Source: Bdellovibrionales bacterium (GTDB taxonomy: Bacteria; Bdellovibrionota; Bdellovibrionia; Bdellovibrionales; UBA1609). Taken from it: 64,000 nt of DNA. Under the pieces are notes generated by a model. That model saw only the letters and a list, made by a program, of their open reading frames with translations, searched no databases and had not been told where the DNA came from. Both the position numbers and the translations under genes were made by a program. The stretch spans positions 1-64,000 of the forward strand of contig DAHVQG010000003.1 of the NCBI GenBank assembly GCA_027317865.1, given 5' to 3'. How positions within the stretch are numbered: the first letter of the stretch is position 1; the number at the start of each line of letters is the position of its first letter. Shown here piece by piece: positions 1-10,919 of this stretch.

Positions 1-77
1 TCGGCGCCCGGTAAACCTCTTTCAGATCCGCCAGAAATTCCTTGTGATACTTCGAGCCCAAGTAACGAAGCGACGCC
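1..77 (-). mobile_element. Fragment of an IS256-family transposase (second copy, runs off the window edge)
   Basis: 1-77 is identical to 57131-57207, inside the intact IS256 transposase. Confidence 0.9.
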
Positions 78-80
78 TGA

Positions 81-198
81 ACTACACGCCACGAATATCC
101 GTTTAGGCATTTATGCACCTACGGTCCCGGCAGCTCACGCTGCCGCGGCCTCTGCTGGGCCAGCCGCTAATTTTCAAAAAGTCTCTGGTTCGTGTAGT
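81..198. repeat. 118-bp element bounded by 8-bp inverted repeats (MITE-like)
   Basis: ACTACACG (81-88) and CGTGTAGT (191-198); GC-rich internal hairpin GGCAGC..GCTGCC; abuts the truncated IS256. Confidence 0.4.
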
Positions 199-206
199 GA
201 TTGGAT

Positions 207-283
207 TGGTAGGGGCTCAAGGATTCGAACCTTGGATCCTCCGGTTATGAGCCGGATGCTTTAACCAACTAAGCTAAGCCCCC
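207..283 (-). tRNA. tRNA with CAT anticodon, probably tRNA-Ile2 (lysidine)
   Basis: Full cloverleaf GGGGGCT...CTCATAA...TTCGAAT...ACCA; lacks the initiator GGG/CCC anticodon stem; lies downstream of rpoD like E. coli ileX. Confidence 0.9.
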
Positions 284-339
284 GTTGCCCGATTAGAGAT
301 TAGACTCGACTCGGTGAATGGATCAATCCGGATTTATTT

Positions 340-2190
340 CTAACTGCCGCCACTGCCTTCGCCGGTAAAGTCAATAAATGCTTTGAGTTTGTTTGATCGA
401 CTCGGATGGCGGAGTTTTCGAAGTGCTTTAGCTTCAATTTGCCGGATCCTTTCGCGAGTGACGTTGAAATCCTGCCCGACTTCTTCGAGTGTATGATCGC
501 TTTCTTCACCGATTCCAAATCGCATCCGTAAAACTTTTTCTTCTCTCGGCGTAAGCGTAGCGAGAACTCGGCGAGTTTGTTCGGCCAAATTCAAGTTCAC
601 AATGGCGTCTGATGGATTGATCACGTTCTTATCTTCTATGAAATCACCTAAATGCGAATCTTCTTCACCGACTGGCGTTTCAAGAGAAATCGGTTCTTTA
701 GCAATTTTTAAAACTTTGCGTACCTTTTCAAGCGGCATATCCATTTTTGCAGTGATTTCTTCAGGGGTGGGTTCGCGCCCCAACTCTTGTACTAATAGTC
801 GTGAAGTGCGCACGAGTTTGTTAATTGTTTCAATCATGTGGACGGGTACGCGAATCGTACGTGCTTGGTCGGCAATTGCACGCGTGATAGCCTGACGAAT
901 CCACCAGGTGGCATAAGTTGAAAATTTATAGCCGCGGCGATATTCAAATTTATCAACGGCCTTCATGAGGCCGATATTACCTTCTTGGATTAAATCCAAA
1001 AGTTGTAGCCCGCGGTTGGCATATTTCTTCGCAATTGAAACAACAAGACGTAGGTTGGCTTCAACCAATTCAGCTTTTGCCTTGTCGGCTTCGCGCTCAC
1101 CTCGCCATATGAGAGTGTTGGTGTCGCGAATCCATTCGAAATTCATTTCAGTTTCAGCTTCAAGCCTTTTCAACCGGCGATCAGCGTTCGAAGCTAAAAA
1201 ATAATGATGTCTGAAAGCGCCGTAGTTGAGCCCGGTTTCTTTAAATACTTTTTGCGCTTCGGCGTCTGAACTTTCACAGCGTTTGAATTTCGCGGCCAGT
1301 TCCGTCAAATCTTTTGAAAACGACTTTTGTAATCCATCGCGTACACGCTTGCGCAAAACAGCCATCCGGTTCACTAGGTTTTTAAACTTAATAACAATGC
1401 GATTTATGGTTTTGCGATTGAAGTTAATCGACTCGAAGCTGACCATCAGCTCCTTATTTAAACCTTCGAGTTCTAGTTGAGCTGCTTTTGTCTCTTGTGA
1501 TTCTCGGGCGGCAATACGCAAAACATCAAACGCCGGTTTCGAACGTTTTTGATATTTTTTGACGTGTCCAATCAGCTCGTGAATTTTTTCTATGTATTCT
1601 TTTTCTTCGTATTGAGTCTCTTCATCTTCAAGGCCGCGAAAGATCGCTTTGACTTTTATTCGTCCTTCGTCGAGTCGCGTCCCAAGGTTAATTATTTCTT
1701 GAGTTCCTATTGGAGACATCAAGATCGCCCGAACAATTTCGCGTTCACCACGCTCGATACGTTGGGCGATTTCAACTTCACCTTCGCGGGTTAAAAGCGC
1801 AACCGAGCCCATTTTACGTAGATAAAGTCGAACAGGATCATTCGAGCGCGGGTCTCCGCTTTCTTCTTCGTCGGCTTCTTCGTCTTCGCCGGCGAAACCT
1901 TCAGCCTCAAAAAGCCGGCCCTCGTCCTCGTCCGAGTCTTTCTTATTTTCCGACCCATCGGTAATGATTACACCATTGACCTCAAGAGCTTGCATGAAAT
2001 GATCGAGCACCGGAGCGGAGATAATTTCGGGCGCTAATAGCTCATTGATCTCTTCGATCAGGAGTGCTCCGCGCTCCTTGGCAAGTTTGATAAACCGCTG
2101 AATTTCTTCAACAATTATTATTTGTTGTTCAGCTTCTGATAGCGCCACTTTCGCGCCCTCTTTTTCAGATTTTTTATTCGAAGAACTCAT
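340..2190 (-). CDS. rpoD: RNA polymerase primary sigma factor RpoD
   Basis: [68 protein letters not shown]. Confidence 0.98.
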   Translation of the reverse strand: MSSSNKKSEKEGAKVALSEAEQQIIIVEEIQRFIKLAKERGALLIEEINELLAPEIISAPVLDHFMQALEVNGVIITDGSENKKDSDEDEGRLFEAEGFAGEDEEADEEESGDPRSNDPVRLYLRKMGSVALLTREGEVEIAQRIERGEREIVRAILMSPIGTQEIINLGTRLDEGRIKVKAIFRGLEDEETQYEEKEYIEKIHELIGHVKKYQKRSKPAFDVLRIAARESQETKAAQLELEGLNKELMVSFESINFNRKTINRIVIKFKNLVNRMAVLRKRVRDGLQKSFSKDLTELAAKFKRCESSDAEAQKVFKETGLNYGAFRHHYFLASNADRRLKRLEAETEMNFEWIRDTNTLIWRGEREADKAKAELVEANLRLVVSIAKKYANRGLQLLDLIQEGNIGLMKAVDKFEYRRGYKFSTYATWWIRQAITRAIADQARTIRVPVHMIETINKLVRTSRLLVQELGREPTPEEITAKMDMPLEKVRKVLKIAKEPISLETPVGEEDSHLGDFIEDKNVINPSDAIVNLNLAEQTRRVLATLTPREEKVLRMRFGIGEESDHTLEEVGQDFNVTRERIRQIEAKALRKLRHPSRSNKLKAFIDFTGEGSGGS

Positions 2191-2193
2191 CAA

Positions 2194-4041
2194 TTATGAC
2201 TCCCGATCGTCGCGTAATTGGTGTTTTGACTTTTGCATATACATTATTTGTTCCAACTTCCTTTTTCTCTCTTCTGATGGGGCTTCGGTCAGCGAGGCGG
2301 CCAATTGGCGCGATCGAAATTGCAAGAATTTGGATCGGATCTGACGAATGCAATCCTCCAAAAGTTGAGTACGCCCCTCGTGATCCATTGAGCACAGAGG
2401 TTCACCCAAGTGAACCCCCAACGCTTGAGCCGGTTGTGCAATGGTCATAAGATAAGCTAATAACCTATCAAAACCATTGGGCGTTTGTCTATAAAACGTA
2501 TTCGCTTTCAAAAATAGCTCCTGAATGCCCGTGTGCGACAACTTATCTATGACTTCGGCCTCAGCGACCTTTTCAAAGGTTTCACGGTCCATTAACGATA
2601 AGTTAAGCAAAAAAAGTTCCGCTCGCGGGGCCCCGTTTAATTTGATCTTAGGCTCTATTTGTAGGACGTCAGGGGCCTCGGACCGGGTTATTTGGGGTTG
2701 ATTTTGTGCCTTAGGTGCCATTTTAAGGTCTAATGGGCGTTCTTGAGCATTGCCGTGTTTGGTGATCCAACTCGCTTCAACCCCGATTTTTTGTGCAATT
2801 TCTTGTATATAGAGATCTTTGAGGCTGGGATTTTCTATATTTTGAAGAATGGGTGTCAAATCGTTCAACAATGTGACCTTTTCTGATGCCCCACCTCGAT
2901 AATGTACGAGCTTACGTTCGAGTACAATGGAGAATAAATCCGGCGCTGCGTGCAAATGGTTTGCCAGTTCAGTTGCCCCGCGATCTTTAATGAATTCATC
3001 AGGGTCAAGCTCATCAGGCAAAAACACAGCCTTTGGGAACAATCCGTGCCGTAAAAGTATAGGTAAACTGCGTTCGGCGCCGTTTTTCCCCGCCTCGTCG
3101 CCATCGTATAAGACTACAACATTTTGAGTGTACCGATGGAGAAGCTTTGCGTGCGAATCAGTTAAAGCTGTACCTAACGTGGCTACGACGTTTTTAATTC
3201 CCGCAGAAAAAAGAGCAATAAAATCCATATAGCCTTCAACCACGATGGCATAATTTTCTGTACGGATAAATTTAGCCGTTTCATGAAGGCCATAAAATGT
3301 TTCGCCCTTTTTGAAAATTTCTGACTCGGAACTGTTCAAGTATTTAGCCGGCTGATTGTCGGCTAGCGCTCGACCGCCGAAACCAACGCACTCGCCTTTA
3401 TGTGAAACCACCGGGAACATCAAACGGTCGCGAAACATATCGTAGTGGCCGTCGCCATTATGATCACGTTTAATAATTCCGAGACTTTCTGCAAGATCAA
3501 GTGGCGCTTTAAGACGCGCGAGCTCTCGCGACAAAGCATCCTTCTGAGAGGGAGCATACCCAATCGAAAATAAATGCACAATTTCATCGCAAAGTCCGCG
3601 CTTATTAGCATAAAGGCGAGCGGGGTGATCTGAAGGCAATTTTACAAATGCTTCGTGGTAGCGCGCTTTAGCCACTTGATTGATTTTGAGAAGTTTCTCT
3701 CGGCGAATCTTTGCCCCTGATTGGACTTGAGATGTCTTGCTCTCGGCTGGGATGGGCAGGCCGGCTTTTTTGGCTAAATATTCGACGGCTTCGGGGAAGT
3801 TAAGCCCCTTGAGTTCCTGAAGCGCGGTAAAAATCTGGCCCGAACGCTTGCAGCCAAAACAATAGTAGACTTGTTTGTCTTCTGACACAGAAAAAGACGG
3901 CGTCTTTTCGTTATGACCCGGAAAAGGGCACAACCCCATAAGGCGGCCACCGGACCGCTTAAGTGGTGTGTACTCTGAAAAAACGTCCACAATGTTATTG
4001 GCATCGCGAACGCGCTCAATAAACTCTGGGCTAAACCGCAT
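2194..4041 (-). CDS. dnaG: DNA primase
   Basis: CPFPGH-x-EKTPSF..CFGC zinc finger, KYLNS, VVEGYMD, YDGDEAG TOPRIM; upstream of rpoD. Confidence 0.98.
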   Translation of the reverse strand: MRFSPEFIERVRDANNIVDVFSEYTPLKRSGGRLMGLCPFPGHNEKTPSFSVSEDKQVYYCFGCKRSGQIFTALQELKGLNFPEAVEYLAKKAGLPIPAESKTSQVQSGAKIRREKLLKINQVAKARYHEAFVKLPSDHPARLYANKRGLCDEIVHLFSIGYAPSQKDALSRELARLKAPLDLAESLGIIKRDHNGDGHYDMFRDRLMFPVVSHKGECVGFGGRALADNQPAKYLNSSESEIFKKGETFYGLHETAKFIRTENYAIVVEGYMDFIALFSAGIKNVVATLGTALTDSHAKLLHRYTQNVVVLYDGDEAGKNGAERSLPILLRHGLFPKAVFLPDELDPDEFIKDRGATELANHLHAAPDLFSIVLERKLVHYRGGASEKVTLLNDLTPILQNIENPSLKDLYIQEIAQKIGVEASWITKHGNAQERPLDLKMAPKAQNQPQITRSEAPDVLQIEPKIKLNGAPRAELFLLNLSLMDRETFEKVAEAEVIDKLSHTGIQELFLKANTFYRQTPNGFDRLLAYLMTIAQPAQALGVHLGEPLCSMDHEGRTQLLEDCIRQIRSKFLQFRSRQLAASLTEAPSEERKRKLEQIMYMQKSKHQLRDDRES

Positions 4042-4058
4042 TTAATAATCTCTGCAAG

Positions 4059-4505
4059 TTAACCGAGTTTTGTTTTTACGATTTCGCTGATCATTTTTCC
4101 GTCGGCAGCGCCGGCCGTCTTAGCCATTGTCGCTTTAATGACGGCCCCCATGTCTTTCATCGATGCCGCTTTTGTTTCGGCAATTATTTGCACAATGACT
4201 TTTTCTAATTCTTCACGCGACATTTGCTTCGGCAAATAAGCTTCGATGACTTTAAGCTGCGCCTGTTCGTTGTCGACAAGATCTTGTCTTGCCGCTTTGG
4301 AGTATTGCTCGATGGAGTCTTTATGTTGATTACAAAGCTTTTTGATCACTGCTATAACGTCTTGGTCAGCAATGGCCTTCGGGCGTAGTTCAATCTCTTT
4401 GTTTTTGATTGCCGACTGTAAAAAGCGCAACGCCGAGAGCTTTACGGCGTCTTGCGCTTTCATTGCGTTTTTCATGTCATTCAAGATGATTTCTTTCATT
4501 GCCAT
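4059..4505 (-). CDS. GatB/YqeY domain protein
   Basis: DMKNAMKA..LSALR..IKNKEI, YLPKQMS, MKDMGAV; conserved position between rpsU and dnaG; GAGG upstream of ATG 4505. Confidence 0.93.
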   Translation of the reverse strand: MAMKEIILNDMKNAMKAQDAVKLSALRFLQSAIKNKEIELRPKAIADQDVIAVIKKLCNQHKDSIEQYSKAARQDLVDNEQAQLKVIEAYLPKQMSREELEKVIVQIIAETKAASMKDMGAVIKATMAKTAGAADGKMISEIVKTKLG

Positions 4506-4574
4506 GATAAACCTCATTTGGATGGTATAAACTAAAAGAGCAAATGGGCTTCATCCGCTCCCTAAAAAATAAAA

Positions 4575-4769
4575 TTAGACCGGGCGACGCCCTTTTTTCA
4601 ATGCGCGTTTTCGAGCCGACAAACTTTTTTTCTTTTTTCGCACGCTCGGTTTTTCAAAATGTTCGCGCTTTTTGAGTTCAGATAAAATACCTGACTTTTC
4701 ACACGCTTTTTTGAATCGCCGAAATGCTTGCTCGAACGCCTCGCCTTCGCGAATACGAACGATGGCCAT
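4575..4769 (-). CDS. rpsU: 30S ribosomal protein S21
   Basis: [29 protein letters not shown]. Confidence 0.97.
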   Translation of the reverse strand: MAIVRIREGEAFEQAFRRFKKACEKSGILSELKKREHFEKPSVRKKKKSLSARKRALKKGRRPV

Positions 4770-4849
4770 TGATCAATCACCTGCCCTTCAAACGGATTCG
4801 ACCAAACTGCCGATTGCGCCATGCGTTGTCAACTGGTAATGTAGTGGAG

Positions 4850-5299
4850 ATGAGCACACACGATGATTTCATGCGCGCGGCCATTGCCCAGGCGCGCCTT
4901 GCAGAAGCAGCCGGGGACGTTCCGATTGGAGCGGTTGTTGTTCGAAACGACGAAATTGTTGCCTCTACTTTTAATGAAAAAGAAGCTCTTCGCGTCCCCA
5001 CGGCGCATGCTGAAATGCTAGCAATCGAGCGTGCGGCGTTAAAGCTCAACCGTTGGCGGTTGATTGACTGTGATTTGTACGTCACGCTTGAACCATGTCT
5101 CATGTGCGCCGGTGGAATTATCCAGGCGCGGCTAAGGACCGTCGTCTATGGCGCTGTTGATCCAAAAGCCGGAGCCGTTGTATCTGTTTATCAGGCTTTA
5201 AGTGACGGACGATTAAATCACCGGCCTGTAATTGTTGGCGGGGTGCTTGAAAGTGAGTGTGCATCCCTGCTAAAAGATTTTTTTGCGAAGAAGCGATAA
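4850..5299 (+). CDS. tadA: tRNA adenosine(34) deaminase TadA
   Basis: DVPIGAVVV, TAHAE, LYVTLEPCLMCAG, DPKAGA, LLKDFF; start taken at ATG 4850 after GGAG. Confidence 0.95.
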   Translation: MSTHDDFMRAAIAQARLAEAAGDVPIGAVVVRNDEIVASTFNEKEALRVPTAHAEMLAIERAALKLNRWRLIDCDLYVTLEPCLMCAGGIIQARLRTVVYGAVDPKAGAVVSVYQALSDGRLNHRPVIVGGVLESECASLLKDFFAKKR

Positions 5300-5303
5300 A
5301 TCC

Positions 5304-5393
5304 GGAGAGATGGGAGAGTGGTTTAATCCAGCAGCCTGGAACGCTGCCATGGTCGCAAGGCCATCGTGAGTTCGAATCTCACTCTCTCCGCCA
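5304..5393 (+). tRNA. tRNA-Ser(GGA)
   Basis: GGAGAGA...GCAGC-CTGGAAC-GCTGC, long variable arm, GTTCGAATC, GCCA end. Confidence 0.96.
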
Positions 5394-5450
5394 TTCTTGA
5401 TAGTATGCGCACTCTGGAGACCCCTCGAATTTACCTATTGCGATGCGGGG

Positions 5451-6011
5451 TCAAATTTTAATCAGTATTGTTTCGCCGATGAAATCGCGAAGGGCCCGTT
5501 TTTTTCTATTCATAAGAATGACAAGAATTCCCCCGATACCCCAAGTATAACTGAGAGCACTTAGACTGTGGGGTGTTGCGCCTGAAATTAAAGTCGATCG
5601 CGCTATTGCCCCCAATTGCTGAAACTGTTCTTTTGAAACCGAGTATATGGCCTGCACTTGAATGGCCGAGTAAATCACGGCAAAAACTGTATCCACTGAG
5701 CTTCGCATGATGGCGTGACGAATGCCAATGTCCGAAAAGTCGGGTTTCGTAACTTTGATTTTTAGAATCATCTTGCCGATCGTTTGTCCCCATTTTGCAT
5801 GAAAGCAAATCGGATACACAATTCCTGTTATAAACAAAATGGCAACGGCCGCCACGGCGGCATCGGCTCTCGATTTAAACGGGTAAAGTATAATGTAAAA
5901 CCACGCTGGTAGCAGAATGATGCAATCGACGAGAATGGCTTTGAGTCGAAGCCAAAGCCCAGCATAGGGAATATCGTTGGTTTGGCCCATCCTTTTTTCG
6001 ACTTCACTCAT
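5451..6011 (-). CDS. RDD family membrane protein
   Basis: YAGLWLRLKAILVD, GQTIGKMILKIKV, KRALRDFIGET. Confidence 0.88.
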   Translation of the reverse strand: MSEVEKRMGQTNDIPYAGLWLRLKAILVDCIILLPAWFYIILYPFKSRADAAVAAVAILFITGIVYPICFHAKWGQTIGKMILKIKVTKPDFSDIGIRHAIMRSSVDTVFAVIYSAIQVQAIYSVSKEQFQQLGAIARSTLISGATPHSLSALSYTWGIGGILVILMNRKKRALRDFIGETILIKI

Positions 6012-6031
6012 AACGGACGCTCGCCCAAAGT

Positions 6032-7042
6032 TTAACGCAAATACCAGTCGATAGTTTTTTCGATGCCGGTTTCAAATGTTTCTTTTGCCCGCCAGCCGAG
6101 TTCGGTTTCAATTTTTGTCGCATCGATAGCATATCGAAAATCGTGACCAGGTCGGTCGGCGACGAACGAGATCAATTGCTTATAACTTTGTCCGTTTTCG
6201 CGTGGCCTTTTGCGGTCTAAAATTTCGCAGATGGTTTCGACAATATCGAGATTTTTTCGCTCGTTGCGGCCGCCAATGTTGTACGTTTGGCCGGGGCGTC
6301 CCTTTTCGAAGGCCAAGTCAATGCCGCGGCAGTGATCTAAAACGTAGAGCCAGTCGCGAATGTTTTCGCCGCGACCGTAAACAGGAATAGGCAACTCCGC
6401 CAGAGCTGTTCGAATCACAGTCGGGATCAGTTTTTCAGAGTGTTGTTTCGGTCCGTAATTGTTACTGCAGTTGGTGGTTACGACGTTTAACCCATAAGTG
6501 TGAAAGTAACTTCGTACAATCATATCGGAGCTCGCCTTTGAGGCGCTATAGGGCGAGTTCGGCGCATAGGCGGTCGTTTCAACAAAAAGCCCGTCCTTGC
6601 CAAGAGCTCCATAAACTTCGTCGGTAGACACGTGCAAAAACCGCGCATGTTCGAATTCCGATTTTACGGCAAACGGCTTTGCCATCCATTGATTGCGCGC
6701 GACATCGAGGAGCGTAAAAGTCCCAACTATATTCGTCTGGATAAAAGCGGCGGGGCCGGAGATTGAGTTGTCGACGTGTGATTCGGCGGCAAAGTGAATA
6801 ACCCCGTCAATCTTGTATTCCGAAAATATTTTTTCAACTTGAGCGCGATTGCAAATGTCACCGTGAATAAACGAGTAACGCGAGTTTTTTTCGGCCAACC
6901 GGAGGTTTTCCAAATTGCCTGCATAGGTGAGTTTGTCGAGATTGAACACCCGCGTGTCCGAATGGGATTCCAGATAGTATTCGACAAAATTTGATCCGAT
7001 AAATCCGGCGCCGCCGGTTATTAAGATATTTCGCTCAGACAT
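6032..7042 (-). CDS. rfbB: dTDP-glucose 4,6-dehydratase
   Basis: [44 protein letters not shown]. Confidence 0.97.
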   Translation of the reverse strand: MSERNILITGGAGFIGSNFVEYYLESHSDTRVFNLDKLTYAGNLENLRLAEKNSRYSFIHGDICNRAQVEKIFSEYKIDGVIHFAAESHVDNSISGPAAFIQTNIVGTFTLLDVARNQWMAKPFAVKSEFEHARFLHVSTDEVYGALGKDGLFVETTAYAPNSPYSASKASSDMIVRSYFHTYGLNVVTTNCSNNYGPKQHSEKLIPTVIRTALAELPIPVYGRGENIRDWLYVLDHCRGIDLAFEKGRPGQTYNIGGRNERKNLDIVETICEILDRKRPRENGQSYKQLISFVADRPGHDFRYAIDATKIETELGWRAKETFETGIEKTIDWYLR

Positions 7043-7851
7043 TTTTCTAAACTCTCCATCCAGTGTGGAATTTTAATACTAATTGCAGCTTTGAGTTTCG
7101 ATTTATCTAATACGCTGTAACGCGGACGCTTGGCACGTGTCGGATAATCGCAAGATAAAATCGGCTCAATTTCAAATGTCAATTTTTTTAATCGTTTAAC
7201 GGCACAAGCGACATCATACCAGCTACCCACCCCCTCGTTGCTGTAATGAAAAATGCCGGATAAATCGCGCGCTTCTAATACCATTTGGGCCAAGTCACGG
7301 GCATAAGTGAGTGTACCGATCTGATCAAAGACGACGCGCATCTTGGCATTTTCGGCACCGAATTTTAAAACAGTTTTGACAAAATTTTTACCGTGCGAAG
7401 AGTAAACCCACGATGTTCGGAGGATGAGGGCTGACGGCAAAACGTCGAGTATGGCGCGCTCGCCATCGGCCTTTGATTTTCCGTAAACACTTTGCGGCGA
7501 AACCGCATCGTCTTCGGTGTAGGGCGCATCAGCCTGTCCGTCAAAAACATAATCTGTTGAAAAGTGAATGAAGCGAAACCCCAATTCGCGGGCAAGTGCC
7601 GCCATTTGTGCCGGGGCCTCGCAATTTACCTGATGAGCGATTTGTGGTTCACTTTCAGCTTTGTCAACTTGTGTGTAAGCGGCTGCATTTATGAGAAGGG
7701 ACGGGTGAAGTTCAGTGATTACACTTGTAATTTGAGCTGGATTTCGCAGATTGAGTTGCGTTGAGTTGAGAAAGGTGACCGGCACAGCGCCCGACAAAAT
7801 TCGCTGCAGTTCAAATCCAAGTTGCCCTGTTGCGCCGGTGACGACAATCAC
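7021..7851 (-). CDS. rfbD: dTDP-4-dehydrorhamnose reductase
   Basis: [43 protein letters not shown]. Confidence 0.96.
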   Translation of the reverse strand: MIVVTGATGQLGFELQRILSGAVPVTFLNSTQLNLRNPAQITSVITELHPSLLINAAAYTQVDKAESEPQIAHQVNCEAPAQMAALARELGFRFIHFSTDYVFDGQADAPYTEDDAVSPQSVYGKSKADGERAILDVLPSALILRTSWVYSSHGKNFVKTVLKFGAENAKMRVVFDQIGTLTYARDLAQMVLEARDLSGIFHYSNEGVGSWYDVACAVKRLKKLTFEIEPILSCDYPTRAKRPRYSVLDKSKLKAAISIKIPHWMESLEKCLSEIS

Positions 7852-8396
7852 AATTGCTCCCTAATTGATCGAAATGAAGGGTTTTCCCGGTCTTTATCGG
7901 AAACGACGATTTCTTCGGGTTTGATGATCCAGTCTACGGCAAGATCGGGATCTGCGAAATGAATCCCACCTTCGTTTTCAGGTGAATAAAAATTATCACA
8001 TTTGTAGCACACAAGAGCCGATTCGCTTAAAACGACAAACCCGTGCGCAAAACCCCGCGGTATAAAAAATTGATTTTTATTTTCACTTGAAAGGCGTGTT
8101 CCAAAAGACTTTCCGAACGTGGGCGAAGTGGCGCGCAGATCGACAGCCACATCCCAAATCTCGCCTTGAACGGCGCGCACCAGTTTAGCCTGGGCATATG
8201 CGCCCTTTTGAAAATGAAGCCCCCGCAGGGTGCCATAATTTGAAAAAGACTCGTTGTCTTGTACAAACTGTAAATCAAGCCCGAGAGGCGAAAAAGTTTT
8301 TTGATTATAAATCTCAAAAAAATAGCCGCGCGGGTCCTTAAAAATTTTCGGTTCTAAAATTAAAAGATCTTGAATTGGCGTTTCTCGAATTTTCAT
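7848..8396 (-). CDS. rfbC: dTDP-4-dehydrorhamnose 3,5-epimerase
   Basis: DPRGYF, QDNES, LRGLHFQ, DVAVDLR, GFAHGF. Confidence 0.97.
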   Translation of the reverse strand: MKIRETPIQDLLILEPKIFKDPRGYFFEIYNQKTFSPLGLDLQFVQDNESFSNYGTLRGLHFQKGAYAQAKLVRAVQGEIWDVAVDLRATSPTFGKSFGTRLSSENKNQFFIPRGFAHGFVVLSESALVCYKCDNFYSPENEGGIHFADPDLAVDWIIKPEEIVVSDKDRENPSFRSIREQL

Positions 8397-9274
8397 AACG
8401 AATTTTTCGAATGTTTGAGCATTTCTAAAAGATACTGGCCATAAGAGTTTTTCTTCATTGGCTCCGCGAGTTTTTCAACTTGTTCAGCAGCAATGTAGCC
8501 TTTGCTATACGCAATTTCTTCTAGGCAGGCGACTTTTAAGCCCTGCCGATTTTCAATCGTCGCGATGAAATTCGAGGCGTCAAGAAGGCTTTCATGAGTG
8601 CCGGTGTCAAGCCACGCAAATCCGCGGCCCAAGACTTCAAGATGCAAGTTGCCGCGCGCGAGATAAGTCTTATTAACATCCGTAATTTCGAGTTCGCCGC
8701 GAGCTGACGGGCGCAGATCTTTTGCAATTTTTATGACGTCATTGTCATAGAAATAAAGTCCGGTGACGGCATAGTGAGATTTGGGTTGCGCGGGCTTTTC
8801 TTCTAGTGACACAACACGGCCGCTGGAGTCGACCTCCGCAACGCCATATCGTTCAGGATCTTTGACGTAATATCCAAAAACCACGGCGCCTTTTTTCAGG
8901 TCGACAGCGCGTGAAAGCTTATCTGTAAAACCTTTGCCGTAAAAAATGTTATCGCCCAAGATGAGGCAGCAATTCGACTGGCCGATAAACCGTTCGCCGA
9001 TCAAAAACGCCTGGGCAAGGCCATTCGGCTTAGGTTGTTCGGCGTAAGTAATTTCAATTCCCAAATGGCTTCCGTCTTTGAGCAAATTTTCAAAAAGCGG
9101 CCGGTCGTGCGGGGTGGTGATAACAAGAACTTCGCGAATTCCGGCAAGCATGAGAGTCGAAAGTGGATAGTAAACCATCGGCTTGTCATGAACCGGAAGC
9201 AACTGCTTTGAAATCGAAACGGTGGCCGGATAGAGTCGTGTCCCCGAGCCTCCGGCAAGAATAATACCCTTCAA
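8393..9274 (-). CDS. rfbA: Glucose-1-phosphate thymidylyltransferase
   Basis: [42 protein letters not shown]. Confidence 0.98.
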   Translation of the reverse strand: MKGIILAGGSGTRLYPATVSISKQLLPVHDKPMVYYPLSTLMLAGIREVLVITTPHDRPLFENLLKDGSHLGIEITYAEQPKPNGLAQAFLIGERFIGQSNCCLILGDNIFYGKGFTDKLSRAVDLKKGAVVFGYYVKDPERYGVAEVDSSGRVVSLEEKPAQPKSHYAVTGLYFYDNDVIKIAKDLRPSARGELEITDVNKTYLARGNLHLEVLGRGFAWLDTGTHESLLDASNFIATIENRQGLKVACLEEIAYSKGYIAAEQVEKLAEPMKKNSYGQYLLEMLKHSKNSL

Positions 9275-9348
9275 TTAAAGACTCCTCTTTTACCGGCGCA
9301 CAGTACCGAATGTTGCGCTGCTGTGCAATCATTGGTTAACGTAGCGGA

Positions 9349-10137
9349 ATGTCCCAAAAAACCAGCTTTTCTGAATATCTCTGCTTGAGGCGCAAATTTC
9401 TGCTCTACAATTTAATAGCGCGAAATTTGAAAATTCGCTACCGGCATTCGCTGTTAGGGATGATATGGACCGTGCTGATACCGGCCGCAACGGCCGCGAT
9501 TTTTTACGTCATTTTCGATTATATTTTTAAAGTACAAATACACGACTATCTGCTCTTTCTTCTAAGTGGGCTCATACCGTGGACTTTTTTTTCAACGGCC
9601 GTTCCTTTGGGTACAGAAGGGCTAGTGAACAGTTACAGCTTATTAAATAAAGTGCCGCTACCGGCGCATTCACTTCTTATGGCCGAGGCCCTTACGCATC
9701 TTATCAACTTTGCTTTTAGCATACCGGTTTTAATTGCTGCGATGGTGATTTTTCACGTCAAACCGACACTGGCAACGATTCAATATCCGGTTTTGATGGT
9801 ATTCTTGTTTTTTATTACTTATGCATTTTGCCTGATTTTTGGAATGGCCTACGTCTATTTTCGCGATCTGAAGCACATCATTGCGTTGGTTTTGCAGCTT
9901 TGGGTTTATGGCACGCCGATCATGTATTCGGTGAAAATGATCCCTAAACGCTTTCACTTCGTGCTGTGGTTAAATCCCGTGGGTTATATTTTTGCCGGCT
10001 TTCATGATTCGCTTCTCGATGCGAGATGGCTTTCGTTGAACAGTTGGGCCGTCATATTTGCGTGGACCTTAGGCCTTATTTTGCTTTCAAAATTCATGCT
10101 CGACTGGCTTCGAGATTCGATCGTGGAGATGTTATGA
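9349..10137 (+). CDS. wzm: Polysaccharide ABC transporter permease (Wzm)
   Basis: KIRYRHSLLGMIW, GLIPWTFFS, YFRDL, TPIMY, LNP; six hydrophobic segments. Confidence 0.92.
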   Translation: MSQKTSFSEYLCLRRKFLLYNLIARNLKIRYRHSLLGMIWTVLIPAATAAIFYVIFDYIFKVQIHDYLLFLLSGLIPWTFFSTAVPLGTEGLVNSYSLLNKVPLPAHSLLMAEALTHLINFAFSIPVLIAAMVIFHVKPTLATIQYPVLMVFLFFITYAFCLIFGMAYVYFRDLKHIIALVLQLWVYGTPIMYSVKMIPKRFHFVLWLNPVGYIFAGFHDSLLDARWLSLNSWAVIFAWTLGLILLSKFMLDWLRDSIVEML

Positions 10138-10919
10138 ATTCGGTCGAATTTAAAAACGTAACAAAAACTTTTAAAATTTGGCACGAGCGTCCGGACTCGA
10201 TTAAGACAATTTTAGCCGATGCCTTAAGGTTGCGATTTAACAAAGGTGAGCGAGAAGCTCGAACGGTTTTAAAAAATATTTCCTTTGATATTCGCAAGAA
10301 CGATTTTGTCGGCATTATGGGGCGAAACGGCGCCGGCAAAAGTACTATTTTAAAACTTATCTCAGGCATATATCATCCCAGCAAAGGGCAAGTGATTACA
10401 AACGGCCGAGTTGCTCCTCTACTTGAACTGGGGGCCGGTTTTGCAACAGAACTTTCAGGCTATGAAAACATTTTTTTAAATGCCTCAATTTTGGGATTTG
10501 GGCGCGCGCAAGCGACGCGATATCTTGATTCGATAATTGAGTTTTCAGAGTTGGGTGAGGCGATTAGCCGCCCGGTGCGAAAATATTCAAGCGGGATGCT
10601 TGTGCGGCTTGGATTTTCAATCGCAGTCCACCTTGAAGCCGACATCTTACTTTTTGATGAAATCCTTGCGGTCGGTGATGTGGGCTTTCAAGACAAGTGT
10701 ATGCGAAAAATCCGTGAGCTCCATCAAAGCGGGAGTTCGATTGTGCTTGTCACACACCATCCCGGACAAATAGAACAGTTTTGCGACCGTTGCATTGTTG
10801 TTGATCACAGCGGCATTTTGTTCGATGGCGGAGCAAAAGAAGGCGCGAATTGTTACAGAAGTTTGTTCCCCGAAACGTCTCAGGCGGTACCGGTTTATAG
10901 CGCCACCAAGAAAAGTTAA
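10134..10919 (+). CDS. wzt: Polysaccharide ABC transporter ATPase (Wzt, no C-terminal carbohydrate-binding domain)
   Basis: GRNGAGKST, YSSGMLVRLGF, DEILAVGD; ATGA overlap with wzm. Confidence 0.93.
   Translation: MNSVEFKNVTKTFKIWHERPDSIKTILADALRLRFNKGEREARTVLKNISFDIRKNDFVGIMGRNGAGKSTILKLISGIYHPSKGQVITNGRVAPLLELGAGFATELSGYENIFLNASILGFGRAQATRYLDSIIEFSELGEAISRPVRKYSSGMLVRLGFSIAVHLEADILLFDEILAVGDVGFQDKCMRKIRELHQSGSSIVLVTHHPGQIEQFCDRCIVVDHSGILFDGGAKEGANCYRSLFPETSQAVPVYSATKKS

Noticed and set aside
300-3611. Short ORFs overlapping rpoD and dnaG (likewise in purA, the RND gene and the IS elements)
   Set aside because: Antisense or alternate-frame shadows of well-supported genes, with no motifs or RBS.
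4724-4849. N-terminal extension of TadA overlapping rpsU
   Set aside because: The TadA domain starts at ATG 4850 after GGAG; the extension spans the divergent promoter.
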